The notes under the pieces are model-generated. The model ran no database searches and had not been told where the DNA came from. It saw only the letters and a list, made by a program, of their open reading frames with translations. This document shows positions 38,203 to 50,622 of a stretch of DNA of 64,000 nt, piece after piece; positions within the stretch are counted from its first letter, which is position 1, and the number at the start of each line of letters is the position of its first letter. The stretch lies in contig NC_059436.1 of assembly GCF_021028975.2 (NCBI RefSeq), positions 2,480,001 through 2,544,000 of the forward strand, given 5' to 3'. Origin of the DNA: Sphaerodactylus townsendi (taxonomy: Eukaryota). A program made the position numbers and the translations under genes.

Positions 38203-38406
38203 CTTGCCCTAACCTGGATGGACCAGCCTGATTTTGTCAGATCTCAGAAGCTGAGCAGGATCAATCATGGCTTGTACTTAGATTTAAGACCATCAAGGGT
38301 CCATATGCAAAGGAAGCCAATGGCAAAATACTTCTGTTCATCTCTCGCCTTGAAAAACCTGTGAAGTTGCCATAAGTCAGCATGACTTGACTGCACTTTA
38401 CACACA
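38203..38406 (+). mobile_element. 5S rRNA-headed SINE
   Basis: gcctgattttgtcagatctcagaagctgagcagg resembles 5S GCCCGATCTCGTCTGATCTCGGAAGCTAAGCAGG. Confidence 0.7.
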
Positions 38407-39093
38407 AAAGGACCGGATCTTACATAATCTACCTGGTGAATGATCTAGCATTTACATATGGCAATTTCAGAGTCACTTGGTGTTCATGTAGATGTCGATA
38501 TTGCATGCATATGCATTACTTATTGATTTAAAACATGTATATATTGCTTTTTCAAAAACTAGCACCAAGCTGTTAACGAAAGAAGGAACGAAGTACAATT
38601 AAAATATTACTCGTTTTAGATTTAGCTTACTCAAGACAGATAAAAATACTAGACATGAAAATGGCTCAGTGGTGGTGTGGCAGCCTAGAACAGGCCTGAC
38701 TATGGAGAGAGGCTGCTGAGATGGGCCTGAACACAGAAACTTCAGGAGACCGGGCCAATAGCATGGATTGCTCATGCTTCTCAGAAAGAATAAAGGACTG
38801 ATGCTCCAGTTCCCAGGTCCTGGAGCCCCCCTTCCATTCAGCTCTGTCTGCTTCTTTAGTAGCATTGGGTTTAAAACTTGACCTCCAGGTCCACCAGAAC
38901 AATGCCTGAAAGGAATTTCAGCTGCTCTGTCTTTCTCTGTCACTCGAGTGCTCTACCAGGTGAACCTTGACTAAAAAAGCACCAGGCAAATAGGTTTACC
39001 TCTGCGGATAAGCATTTTCAACGCTAGAGCTCTTGCATGCTTGGTTTTCTGCTGAGACCCAGCTAGATTTGAAGAAATTCCTCGCTAACGGTG

Positions 39094-39224
39094 CACATCT
39101 AATTCATAGAAGGCACATTAAAAGATGCATTCTGGTGAGGCAGCCCCCCTCCTTCTCCCCCCTTACACATCTAATTCATAGAAGGCACATTAAAAGATGC
39201 ATTCTGGTGAGGCAGCCCCCCTCC
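39094..39224. repeat. 59-bp exact direct repeat with a 13-bp spacer
   Basis: 39094-39152 equals 39166-39224. Confidence 0.9.
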
Positions 39225-39657
39225 ACTTGCTCACATTGCTTCTGCTATTCTACTTGTGTATTTTCAACCTGCAAACCAAATGGGGAGAAGAGTCCTGTAT
39301 GGCTCTGAGTGCTCCTGATCAGTTCTCAGTTGAATTGTATGACTTCTGGATTCTCCACATTGCTAGAATCTTGGGGGATAACTGCATTCACCTCCTGCTT
39401 TTTTTCTGCACTTGGAGCCAACCTCTGGTTTCTAGAACATCCATTATCCATCCTACTTTGGGTAGTAAACCTTTCCTCATGCCCTTGATTTATGGTCTTG
39501 GTCTATTTCAGCAGCATTTTTGCTTGCCAGCTTCCTGACATCGTGCTGGGTCATTAGCCTCATGCCCCCCAGATGAAGGTACTGCATGCCAAAGAGTTGC
39601 AGCGAATTATGTACCGCCAGCACAGCAAGGTGCATTGTAACACCATGATGATCTCAA

Positions 39658-39659
<2 letters not shown>

Positions 39660-39712
<53 letters not shown>
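39660..39712. repeat. (CA)n microsatellite, about 26 units
   Basis: Seen directly. Confidence 0.97.
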
Positions 39713-39716
<4 letters not shown>

Positions 39717-39922
39717 GTTTTGAACTTTAGAACCTGTGTGACTAGGTTGCAATCATCCTTTCCGATCAAGGTCCTAACATTAATAGAGGCTGCAATGAAA
39801 AAAACATTTTTGTTCCCCATCCCTGCCCTAGAGATCATAGCCTTATGACAACCCTGCCAGTTAAGTTAAGCAGAAACACAGCAACTTACTAAAACCCACC
39901 CAGACAGCTTCACAGTGGAAGA

Positions 39923-40032
39923 GGTAAAGGTAAAGTTTCCCCTTCAGTCGGTGTCTGACCCTGGGGTACCACTGCGAGCAGTGATTTCATAGGCAAGCCT
40001 CTTTTGTGGGTAGTTTGCCATTGCTTTCCTCG
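39923..40032 (-). mobile_element. Short 5'-truncated retroposon 3' end (Sauria SINE/RTE-type (ACCTTT)n tail)
   Basis: 13-bp TSD TCACAGTGGAAGA at 39910-22 and 40033-45; the tail reads ggtaaaggtaaag on the + strand. Confidence 0.75.
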
Positions 40033-40353
40033 TCACAGTGGAAGAAGGGTAGAGGAAATGGGTTACTTAGGCAGAGCTTCCCCATGTAGTCATGGTTTAA
40101 ACAGACTTGGAACTGTTCTGGGTTGTTGTTGTTTTTAATGGCTGTAGCCTTGTTTTCCAACTTGCTCCTTGGTCAAGTTAAATGTGTAGTTGTGAGATGC
40201 ACTGGGGAGGGGGTACATCTTAATAAGTTGGCATCTTGGGAAAAAACATACCAGTCTTCTTTTTATTATTGGAAGTATCTATGTGATACTTTTCCAGGGC
40301 TTGAGGCAGTTTACAATCAGGCAATGTAAATACCAGAATGGTGCAGTGATTAA

Positions 40354-40504
40354 GGCCCCTTCTGCACATGCAGAATAATGCACTTTCAGTCCGCTTTCAA
40401 TGCACTTTGCAGCTGGATTTTACTGTGCGAAATAGCAAAATCCACTTTCAAACAATTGTGAAAGTAGATTGAAAGTGCATTATTCTGCATATGCAGAAGG
40501 GGCC
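40354..40504. mobile_element. Palindromic Harbinger-like MITE inserted in the head of a tRNA SINE (approx. 40333-40625)
   Basis: About 34-bp TIR GGCCCCTTCTGCACATGCAGAATAATGCACTTTC, flanked by TTAA on both sides. Confidence 0.85.
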
Positions 40505-40787
40505 TTAAAGTGGTGGACTCTAATCTAGAGAACCAGTGGGCTCTAATCTGGTAAACTGAATTTGTTTCCCCACTCCTACACGTGAAGCCTGCATGGTGAC
40601 CTTGGGCTAGGCACAGTTCTCTCAGAAGTTCCTGTGGCAGTGAATTCCATAAGTTAATGATGGGTTTTCTGAAGAAGTGCTACTGAATATATAGCTCAGC
40701 CTAGGACTTTCTTCTCCTCGCCTTGCTCTTCAGTGCTTCTCATGCCCTCTAGTTTGGCCCTGCTCTCATTGTTGCCTTTGCCCCCAG

Positions 40788-40922
40788 GAAGCTAACCAAG
40801 GTTCTGAATCACTACGTAGGGAACGCAGAAGATGCCAGCAAGACAGAGTTGCTGTTTGCTGCTTTGAAAGCCTTGAAGTACCTCTTCCGGTTCATTGTTC
40901 AGTCAAGGGTCCTATATCTACG
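40788..40922 (+). CDS. DOCK5: DOCK5 exon 22: KLTKVLNHYVGNAEDASKTELLFAALKALKYLFRFIVQSRVLYL(R)
   Basis: ccccag| ... |gtaagc; 135 nt. Confidence 0.95.
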
Positions 40923-42234
40923 GTAAGCAAGAAGCAGAAAATGTGGGTGCATTCTGTGCTTCTCTTTAATTACTAAGTGAACACGGGTCTTTTTTTGCCA
41001 GTACTATTAACTAGATACTTCTCTATCCAGCAAGAGTACACCTGCTGTTTTTTTCTGCCCTCTTGATACCCGATTCCCATCTCTAGCACTCCCAAATGAG
41101 AAAGGTTTTGGGGGAAAGTATAGGCTGTACAATCTGGGCCAATGTATGCAGAATTTTAAGACCATAGGCTTTTTAAAGTGTTGTGGCATATGCTTACCCC
41201 TTCCTCACAGGTAAAAGTTTCATCCAGTCCCGCCTGTTCCTTTTTAAAATATCACAAGAGCAGAAATCAGGAGAAGTCAGAACTGTGAAAAAAATTACAT
41301 TGAGCATAAAGGATTAAAGATGCTGTAGAGCCTTGCAATTAAATCCTATTTGCATTTGTTTATCAAGACTTTTAATTGAATGTAATGGACCTTGTTGTGT
41401 ACAGTTTTAAATCTTCAAAGAACGGAACAAAGAGGTGGTATGTGTTGTGAAGCTCTTAATGAGGTTGGAGGAATTCCCCCTTGATATTTGTGGCAACATT
41501 AATTTCCAAGAAATCATTTACTCATCGTGGGAAAGGCTGGGTCTTTAAAGGAAGGGGAACTAAGCTGCTTTTTTGTCTACAGACAAAACACTAAATATAG
41601 AATTAGCTTGTTGCTTCCTCTTGTGCATCTGTTACGTGTCTAGGGCTGCAATCCTAAGAACACTTTCCTGGGGGTAAGCTCTGTTGAATAAAATTAGGTT
41701 TACTTCCAAGTAGTTCTGTTCAGGATTACTTTCTGGGGGCCAAATCTTTTGGGAAATGGGGTTCCATATACCTACCTTCTCAATGGAATGAGTTGGGAAG
41801 TACTGGAAATTTTACATTCTAGGCTTTGGGGAGGCAACAAAGGAAGAAAACTGCATTGTGCATCAGGATAAACTTCCCAGCAGTCTTTGTTTAATGTATT
41901 GATGTCAGTATATGTCAACATATACTTCAACGGATTTGCTTGTGTGGAATTAGCTTGTGTTTGCTTGGGTGGATCTTAACTGAAACCTTCCAAAACCCAG
42001 ATAGATCAGGAAATGCTGAGTTTCAGTTTGGCTCACGTCAAGCCATTCTCAAGTTGTGTTCTGTACACAAACAGCACAGCAGAGTCTTCTGTTGTCTTGA
42101 ATATGTTACCCAATACTTTTTCTCTCCTGCCTTTGAGAATCATCAGCTTTATTGAAGGAAGTCCGTCTAGTACTGTTTTTCCACTCTGGCTGGTGAACTG
42201 ATAGTTGGCAACCGGCATTCTTTCTCTTTCTTAG

Positions 42235-42346
42235 ATTTTATGGGAAAAGCGAAGATGGGGACGAGTTTAATAATGCTATCCGCAAGCTGTTCCTCTCCTT
42301 TAATGTCCTTATGGACCGACCTCTAGATGAGGCTGTCAAGATAAAG
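42235..42346 (+). CDS. DOCK5: DOCK5 exon 23: FYGKSEDGDEFNNAIRKLFLSFNVLMDRPLDEAVKIK
   Basis: tcttag| ... |gttagt; 112 nt. Confidence 0.95.
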
Positions 42347-43449
42347 GTTAGTGCAAGTTTTTGAACTTCTTTAACTCCTGATCAGACCTTCTGCCCTACC
42401 TGTTAGCTTCTCTGTGTGCAGAAACTATTTAAATATTGATTTCAAAGCAGAGCTGAAATTCATACCAAAATCCCATCACCAACAGGGAAATCTGTTTTGT
42501 CTCCAGCGTTTCTGGAAAGATTGGAGAAACCCTGAGAAATCATGGATGACATATGAGAATTTCAGATGAAGGGCAATGTACTGTGGATACTCAAAAAAGC
42601 CCCAATCCCATTTTATTGCTGGGATGAAAGAATTCCATCATGTGGAAGCAGCTTTAGTCACCCCATTTTCACAAAGTCTTTCTAATTTACTAGTTCAGCA
42701 GTCATGAATGACTCCAGAAGAGTGTGCCTGTAATATCATTGTGCTCTTAGGAATGTTACAAAACGTTATAAGCTCTTATTTCCCTTCAGGCTGCAATCAT
42801 GGTATTGGTTTGTTTTGTTTGTTTGTTTATGTTTATTAGAAGGTTAATTTAGTAATCCACCCATATTGTCTCTTCAGAATAATTCTGTGAGATATGTTAG
42901 ACGGATTAATAGTGATTGGCCTAAAATTACCAACTGGGCCTTATGGGGGGGGGGGGGGGGGAGGTAACAAAGATGCTATATATTGACATATTTATTTTCT
43001 GCATATTTATCCCCATTCTGTCACAACCTTGTGAGGTAGGTTAGGCTGAACATGATTCATCTGCTGTACCTCAGTAAGTAAGCTTCATTTGACTCTGGGT
43101 CTCTCTAGGCCTAGTCCCAACATTCTTGGCACCTGCACTACACTGGCTGTCTACAGGTTATATTCTTTTGTCTCTACCTATAAGTATTCATTATTGAGAT
43201 CTGAATTTGAATCATCCTAGTCCAAATCTACCTGTTAGACCACACTGGCTCTCTAATGCTCTGTTGGCTCTCTTTCCTAGCCCTTTGTCCCCATTTCTGG
43301 GCCTCTGCCTATTTTGTCATTTATATATGTGCATATATATCTCCCAACAGAAATAAATATACCCATATATACTCATGTCTAAACTTGACCCAACTCTTCA
43401 GCATGAATGGAATACTCAGAATCCTCTTCCTCTTTGTTGTATCTTACAG

Positions 43450-43520
43450 GGTGCTGCTTTAAAGTATTTACCAAGTATCATCAACGATGTCAAACTGGTA
43501 TTCGATCCAGTTGAGCTCAG
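43450..43520 (+). CDS. DOCK5: DOCK5 exon 24: GAALKYLPSIINDVKLVFDPVEL(S)
   Basis: ttacag| ... |gtagct; 71 nt. Confidence 0.95.
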
Positions 43521-44001
43521 GTAGCTAGAAAGCATGTTATTTTTCCTTCTTAAATCTGGCAAGGCTATTAAAACATCTGGGAAATTTTTGAAACTTGTTC
43601 TGAGCCAAACAAAACAACTTAGTTGTGAGGAGGAAAAGATACAGGAATATCCCATTATTTATTTCAATTTTTTCCATAAAAGAAAGTCCCACAAGTTTTC
43701 AAGATGACTTAAAAATTGGGGTGGAGGGTAGACTATAGCTCTATTATGTGGTTATGCCAATCTGACCAGGGCAGAAATGTGTTCTTGACCTAGCAAAGGT
43801 TCATAGTAACCTCTTAAGCCTTGAGGAGGAAAAGGAAAAATGAGAGGGAAAAATATCTCCATCCCAGTAGTAGTAATCTACAAAACCCCAACTAACTATT
43901 GCAGATCTGAGGTAATTTGTGTTTAAACATGACAAATCAATGCTGAAAAGCATGACTTGAATAAAAACCATTATTTCTGTGCCCATCATTCTACTTTTTA
44001 G

Positions 44002-44108
44002 CGTTCTCTTTAGCAAATTCATCCAAAGCATCCCTGACAACCAGCTGGTTCGTCAGAAACTGAACTGCATGACCAAGATCGTCGACAGTGACCTGTTCCG
44101 TCAGTCTG
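44002..44108 (+). CDS. DOCK5: DOCK5 exon 25: VLFSKFIQSIPDNQLVRQKLNCMTKIVDSDLFRQS(E)
   Basis: ttttag| ... |gtaggt; 107 nt. Confidence 0.95.
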
Positions 44109-44933
44109 GTAGGTCTGTGATCTGGTGATGTAAAACCATGGGTCTGAAAGTATTTTTTTATTTTTTTTTCTGTTTGATTGATTTGATTTTCACCTTGGCC
44201 TTTCCCAACAAGTCAGTCTCAAGATAGCTTTCAATAAATTCTAACACTACAATAAAACAATTAAAGATAAATACATAAAAATTCCCATTAATAACCCCCA
44301 TTAATAAAACCTCACTGTATAAGCCCCAATTAATAATCACAATGTTGCCAAACATTGGAAGGGACAAAATTGATATAATAGGAATAATAGCACAAAATAG
44401 CAATAAATAAATGAAAAGGTGGATGGGGAAGGCCATTGGTTTGCAAACAACAGTTCAGAAGTTGTCGTGAATCCTAGTTTGCCCACTGGAAAACTGTGGC
44501 TTGAATAATCCCAAAACGGAAGAGAGAATTGGCTTGGAAAAGAGGAGGATTGAGTTCGCAAATCACTCCAGTTCATGCCCTATTTTATGAGGAAAACCAG
44601 GGAAACAGCAGGTCTTTCATGCTTCTGACTTCACTGACTGACTGCACCACCCACCTGCTCTTGTCAGGCCTCTTTTTGGCCCACATTTCCCCAGTACAAA
44701 GCTTTACACAACACAGCTCAGTTGTACTGGGCCAGTTGTTTCACTGGGACTTGTTACACATGTGCAACATTATGATCAGTCCCTTGGTAATACAAAATGG
44801 ATTATGTTGATGTTCCTTGACTTGTAAGCCTGTGGAGGGGCCGTGCAATGTTTTTTTTTTTTAAACCTCCATAATGACCTGGCATAAACCTGATGTATTG
44901 ATTCTCTGTATTATGTTTTTTGGTTCTTCCCAG

Positions 44934-45070
44934 AGTGCCGAGATGTTCTCCTGCCTCTGCTGGTCGATCAGTTAAGCGGACAGCTGGATGATAATTCCAA
45001 CAAGCCTGACCATGAGGCTTCTTCGCAGCTCCTCAGCAATATTCTTGAGGTTTTGGATCGTAAGGAAGTG
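44934..45070 (+). CDS. DOCK5: DOCK5 exon 26: CRDVLLPLLVDQLSGQLDDNSNKPDHEASSQLLSNILEVLDRKEV
   Basis: tcccag| ... |gtaagg; 137 nt. Confidence 0.95.
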
Positions 45071-46582
45071 GTAAGGGAACGCACGAGTGTGGCGTTTTAA
45101 AAAAAGCACATATGCGGAAGAACCAGGGCTCAGTGAAAAATCTCCTTTTTCGCCAATAAAAAATCCTGGATTCAAGGCCCAGTATTTTTTATTCAAGTAG
45201 ATTGAAAGAGATTCCAAGACCCCAGGAAGAAGTGATATTGCTAATTTCATCAAGCCCTGTGTTTTTCACCCCCTTGAATCTATAATATTGCTATTAAATG
45301 CAGAATTTATCCTTTTGAAAATCTTGCATTTTGTTAGCTTTTTTAAAAATGGAAGAATAAGCTTGAAAAACTAAAGGTCGAAGCAATATGTGTAGGGCTG
45401 CTTCAGAACAGTCTGATTCTACACCCTCCTTTTTTAAAAAATGAAAAGCATTCTTTCCATTTCAGACCTGAACAGAAAACTGTTGTCCACTGGTATCCGT
45501 TCTCCTGCCACGTCTCATTATATTTGAGCTCCATTTCAGTGTTGCATGACAGGAGTGTGCATTTGGCAAAGCTGAACCTAAAAATACCTTATCAGTATTT
45601 TGGTTTTTTTTTAATATTTTGGCAATGATTTCCAGGTGCCAAAAAGTGGATCTCGAATGTTGCCATTTTTTTCCAGCATTATTCAGTCCTCTTTGGTCCC
45701 GCCACTGTTGAAAAAAAACTGGGGGGGAATCCCCTCTCCCCCCTCCCTCTCCACCTTGTTTTCCTGCTGGCTGGCTGGGTCTCAAATACAAGAAAAAGAT
45801 TATCCTGATGTCATGCTGGAAACCCTGCTTTTTTTAAAGTGATTTTTGTGAAAAGAATGGGCTGTTCATGATTTCTGCAGGAATAGAGGACAAAGTCATC
45901 TGGAAACAAAGAATTAAAGCTCATGAGTCAGCTGAAACAGGGAAAGTTCCCTGTGTGCAATCTGCCATGGTCTTTGCTCCATCTCACATTTCAGCTAATT
46001 CAAGCCTGATTTACAGGCATGACAGAATGCGGTGGTAAAATTTGAGGCCAGTAGAATAGTCTAGACTACATCAGACTTTAAGAGTAGTATCACGTGTTCA
46101 GAATATCCCCTTTTGTTATCTTCCTTTCTCCCACCCCCCACAAATAGAAAACCAGCACAACAGGCAAAGAGAAGAGGGAATAAAAGTCTTCTACCTGCTG
46201 TTCTAGTTTTCTATTTGCATGGATTTTTTTTAATGCAAAAGGGAATGCACCCCCTGTACTCTAACCTGGAGGACTCCATCTGACAGCTTCAGCATTCTGC
46301 CACTTATTTTCCTGCGTGTGATCTCACATAGACAAGGCTATGGAGAAGGAAGGAAGTGTTTGAATCACTGGCTGGGACTATGCAGCACTGAACTGTTTGA
46401 ATCCAAACTGCTGTATGGTGTTTTTTAACATGAATTTCTTGTGCTGAAAACTTTTTATTTTGCTACTGTCTCTTGCCATAAATAGCCAGCCATCTTTTTC
46501 CTTCTTGGAACCAAGAATCTCTGTGCAAGAAGCTGTGCTAAGGTTCTGCTTAACCAGCTTGTGTTTTGCTTAATCTCCTCAG

Positions 46583-46678
46583 GGCCCCACCGCTGTTCAC
46601 ATCCAGTTGATTATGGAGCGCCTGCTGAGGAGAATAAACCGGACAGTGATTGGAATGAGCCGACAGTCTCCTCACATT
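46583..46678 (+). CDS. DOCK5: DOCK5 exon 27: GPTAVHIQLIMERLLRRINRTVIGMSRQSPHI
   Basis: cctcag| ... |gtgaga; 96 nt. Confidence 0.95.
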
Positions 46679-47166
46679 GTGAGAGCTGTTTCCTAGAGTC
46701 TGTGCTTTCTTTGTTTGATAAGTGTCCCTTTCTTCCATAATTCTGAAGTCTGGAGCCCACCTTGCGGGGGCACAAACATGAGATGCTGTCGTTTTCTTGA
46801 ACTGCTTTTCCACCAACTTGTTCCCATATTATATGCTGCCAAGAAGGAACTGAAGCAGGACATAACAGCTTAACTGAGTTTTTGCCAATTTTCCCAGTTA
46901 AGATCTGAAAATTCTTTACCTCAGGCCACCCCACATTATCATGTAAGCACCTCATGGGAAGGCCGTTCTGCGATGCTTTCTTGGAAGGCCTTTGTTTCAA
47001 AAGCACAATGTTGACTGTGTTGAGAGATAAAAAAACCTTACTGTTTATTTTATTAGGGCTTTTTATTCTGCTTTCCCCCCCAAATTGATCCAAAGCAACT
47101 TATGGAGATTTTTTTAAAAAAATAAACAATATAATTAAATAAGCGAAGATAACAAACATATCTCAG

Positions 47167-47580
47167 GTGGTTGTGGGTTTTCCAGGCTGTGTGGCTGTGG
47201 TCTGGTAGATCTTGTTCCTAATGTTTCGCCTGCATCTGTGGCTGGCATCTTTAGAGGTGTATCACAAAGAGAAGTCTGTTACTCACTGTGTCCAGTGAGA
47301 AGGGAATGTTTGGTGGGGTATATATTGTCCATGTCCCAGGGTGGGGAACCAATCAGTAAGTGTTTGGGTGGAACTTGCTATGCAAAGGTGTGGTTGACTG
47401 CATTATATTGTGGGTGGGGTTTTTCAGGCCAGGGAGTGATTCACATTTGCATTCCCTGCAGCAGCAGCAGTCTTAGAATGCAAACCCTGTGTCTTGGTGG
47501 AGTCCATTGTTCATGAATCCAGCATGCCCTTGGCCTTTGATTCTGGTGTTTTTAATTACTAGTAGCCAAGTTTTGTTAAT
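47167..47580 (-). mobile_element. Penelope-like retroelement 3' fragment with hammerhead ribozyme relic
   Basis: Terminal sequence shared with the 14880 and 59321 fragments; the minus strand has a CT.AAGA...GAAAC hammerhead layout at 47217-47257. Confidence 0.65.
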
Positions 47581-47606
47581 TCTCAATTAAATTAAAATAA
47601 TTTAAA

Positions 47607-47885
47607 ACATAGAGTTAGAAGAGACCACAAGGGCCATCCACTCCTAACTTCATGCCATGCAAAAACTCACAATCAGAGCACTCCCGACAGATGGGCATCC
47701 AGCCTCTGTTTGAAAACCTCCAAAGAAGAAGACTCCACCACATTCTGAGGCAGTGTATTCCACTGTCGTACATCCCTTACCATCAGGATGTATTTCCTAA
47801 AGTTTTGCTGGAATCTCTTTTCTCGTAGTTCGAATCCACTATCGCTTGTCCTAGTCTCTAGAATAGCGGAAAACAAGGTTGCCTT
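47607..47885 (-). mobile_element. CR1 LINE 3' fragment (different subfamily from 1-896)
   Basis: Track ORF 47673..47945 has VRQWNTLPQNVVESSSLEVFKQRLDAHL, a CR1 ORF2 C-terminus. Confidence 0.85.
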
Positions 47886-47938
47886 TGCAAAGGAAGGAAA
47901 TTGATGGAAAGTCTTTGTTTCCCCCTTTTCATCTCCAG

Positions 47939-48037
47939 GGCACATTTGTAGCTTGCATGACAGCCATCTTGAGGCAGATGGAGGATTCCCATTATAACCA
48001 CTACATCAGCACTTTCAAAACCAGACAAGACCTTATT
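47939..48037 (+). CDS. DOCK5: DOCK5 exon 28: [33 protein letters not shown]
   Basis: ctccag| ... |gtgagt; 99 nt. Confidence 0.95.
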
Positions 48038-48591
48038 GTGAGTCTGACTGAACTTGAACTGCGCACTTGAGGGGAGGGGCAGTGAGCCAAACCCTGGAGA
48101 TTGGGTCTATAGCTGTGTCTTGAGGGATTTGGGGTTGTCTGTGCCAGTCAGTCTGGATTATGACATTGTTTTATGTTCCAGCATTTGTGTGGTTATTTTC
48201 CACGATAGCTGTGGTGTTTTGCTGCTCCCAACGGGCAGCACCAAAGGCAGTCATTAATTTGGGCTGGAATGATGGTCAGGGGTGGCATCTTTCTTGGGCA
48301 AGCAGGAGGCCTATTGGATGAGAAGTAAAATACCATTTTTTGCATTTATAAATTCCATTGTTTTTACTGTAATAATATTTTGTTGAGTATGTTAATTTTC
48401 TGTTATTGGCAGCCACCTTGGAGGCCATTTTCGGGTAGAAGTAGACTCTCTCTAAGAAAACTGTGTTTCTAGCTGTTTTGATCCAATATGCTTGAACATG
48501 TATACTTGTAGTACCTAATGAAATGTCACAACCTGGAGGGGCAATCAGATAAGATTCCCACTATTCAGAGAATGGGAGCTTCAGTGCCTAA

Positions 48592-48893
48592 GGAGCAGCA
48601 GTTGCATAGTGGTTAAGAGCAGGTGGACTCTAATCTGGAGGAACAGGGTTTGATTCCCCGCTCTGCTGCTTGAGCTGTGGAGGCTTATCTGGGGAATTCA
48701 GATCAGCCTGTACACTCCAACGCACACCAGCTGGGTGACCTTGGGCTAGTCATAGTTCTTCTGAGCTCTCTCAGCCCCACCTACCTCTCAGGATGTTTGT
48801 TGTGAGTGCGGAAGAGAAAGGAGTTTGTAAGCCCCTTTGAGTCTCCTATAAGAGAGAAAGGGGGGATATAAATCCAACTCTTCTTCTTCTTCT
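48592..48893 (+). mobile_element. Full-length tRNA-derived SINE (Squam3-like) with (CTT)n tail
   Basis: A-box ttgcatagtggttaag, B-box gggtttgattcccc, L2-like terminal stem-loop, (ctt)n tail. Confidence 0.85.
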
Positions 48894-49084
48894 AATCACT
48901 TCTACAACAAACTATGCAATTAGCAAATTCTGCAGAATGAATCATGCAAAAGAAGAAACTTCATACAGTTTTGTTTCATGTGCATAATGTATACTGGTCA
49001 CAACATTCAGTTTTCCTTGATGCAGAATTTTGATTGCTTAGGTACAGAATAAGAATTTTGTCTTACATGAAGTACAGATTAGGC

Positions 49085-49323
49085 CAGGGGTGGGCAATTA
49101 TTTTTTCCATGGGGCCTTATAAGAAACAGAAAATATTGTGGAGGGCCAGGCCAAAAGGCAGGGGGGTGAGGCGCATTTGAAAGCCCCACAGAAGCCAGCA
49201 GCCAAGGCAACCGGCTTCTGCGGGGCTTTCAAAGACGCCTCGCTCCCCAGCACGGCAGGGGGGCCAGTCAGGGTCATCCGGCGGGCCGGATGTGGCCCGC
49301 GGGCCGTATAATGCCCAGGTCTG
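49085..49323. mobile_element. hAT MITE (239 bp)
   Basis: TIR CAGGGGTGGGCA / TGCCCAGGTCTG; perfect 8-bp TSD GATTAGGC. Confidence 0.88.
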
Positions 49324-50622
49324 GATTAGGCTGACTGTAGCCCTCCTCATCTTGTATGTATTTTTTCTGGTCTTGAATTCAGCCATTGACTGGCCAAGGC
49401 CTGAGCATCGAGGGCCAACTTTGTGACATGGAAAATCAATAAGCAGCAGGGCAGGATGGCAGTCCAGGGACCAGCCTGCATTTAGTTCAGTCTGGAAAAA
49501 GAGATCGGGAGTGGCCTTGGTGGAGCTCAGCCAAAGAGCTTTTGAAGGCTTTGACTTTATTTGGTCTGATGAAAAGTTGGCAGTTTGAAAGCACCAGGCT
49601 TGGCTTCCAGAAATGCAGATGTGTTTTTATTACTGTAAAGGCCACGTGACACATTTGCAACTAAATCCCTCAGGCCATTCAGATCTTACATTAGTCTTAA
49701 GGTTTAATTTCAGCATTTCCACACCCAGTTCAAGTTGTTCAAAAGCTTCCTTTCAGTGCAGATGATAGTAGCAAACAATGTGGGAAGTTGGTGCTGGGAA
49801 TACTTGGATTTGCTGGGAGGGTCTTTAGGCAGCCATATGCAAAGATGACCTGTCAGTTTGATTCCCTGTTCTAATATTTGTAAAGGCTGTAAATATTATT
49901 AGCCCAAAACAGTTCAAAATTATTTGAAATCTGGTTTGTACTGGATATTGCAAAGTGACAGATTAAAATGAGTTGGTATTTGGCTGAAATCCCTTCTTAG
50001 TCTCTGTAGCAATAAAATAAGGTTCCCTATTCACCATTTCCTAAATCAAGTTATGACTCCGAGCATAACATAAAAAAACCAATAAAGCATCTCTGCTGTA
50101 TAAAGGAGCTCAAATATAAAACCATATGTCACATTTTATTCCCACCCACTCATTATGCTGTCATGGGTTGGCAAGGGGGAAAAATTAAATAGCCAATAAA
50201 GTTTTCTAATCTGTTCTTTCTGCAAAGAACAAATTACTTTTTAGGGCCACCTCCAGTGCAGAGACATTATGTGTACTATAAAAGCAGCTCTTCAGAGTTA
50301 CTTTGATCTGCAAATGAGCCTGACCAGGAAGTATTTAAAGGGTCACCTGTAGCACAACAACGTGTTGATGCAAGGCCTGGTTTGATGGTCAAGGTGGTCT
50401 TCCTATTACTGTGTGGGCGACACATAGGCTGTCCATTATGGAAATCTATAGTTCAAGACCCTCTGACTCTTTATAATCTATGTAAAGAAAAAAACTCACA
50501 TTTGGGATGCAAGAGCAGCATAAAAAAAAAAAGCAAATCCAGAATTCTCATTCCCTTTTATTTCCCACAACTAGTTTCTTGTGGAATGTTCTTATTTGTT
50601 TCAAAAGCTTTATGTATACCTT

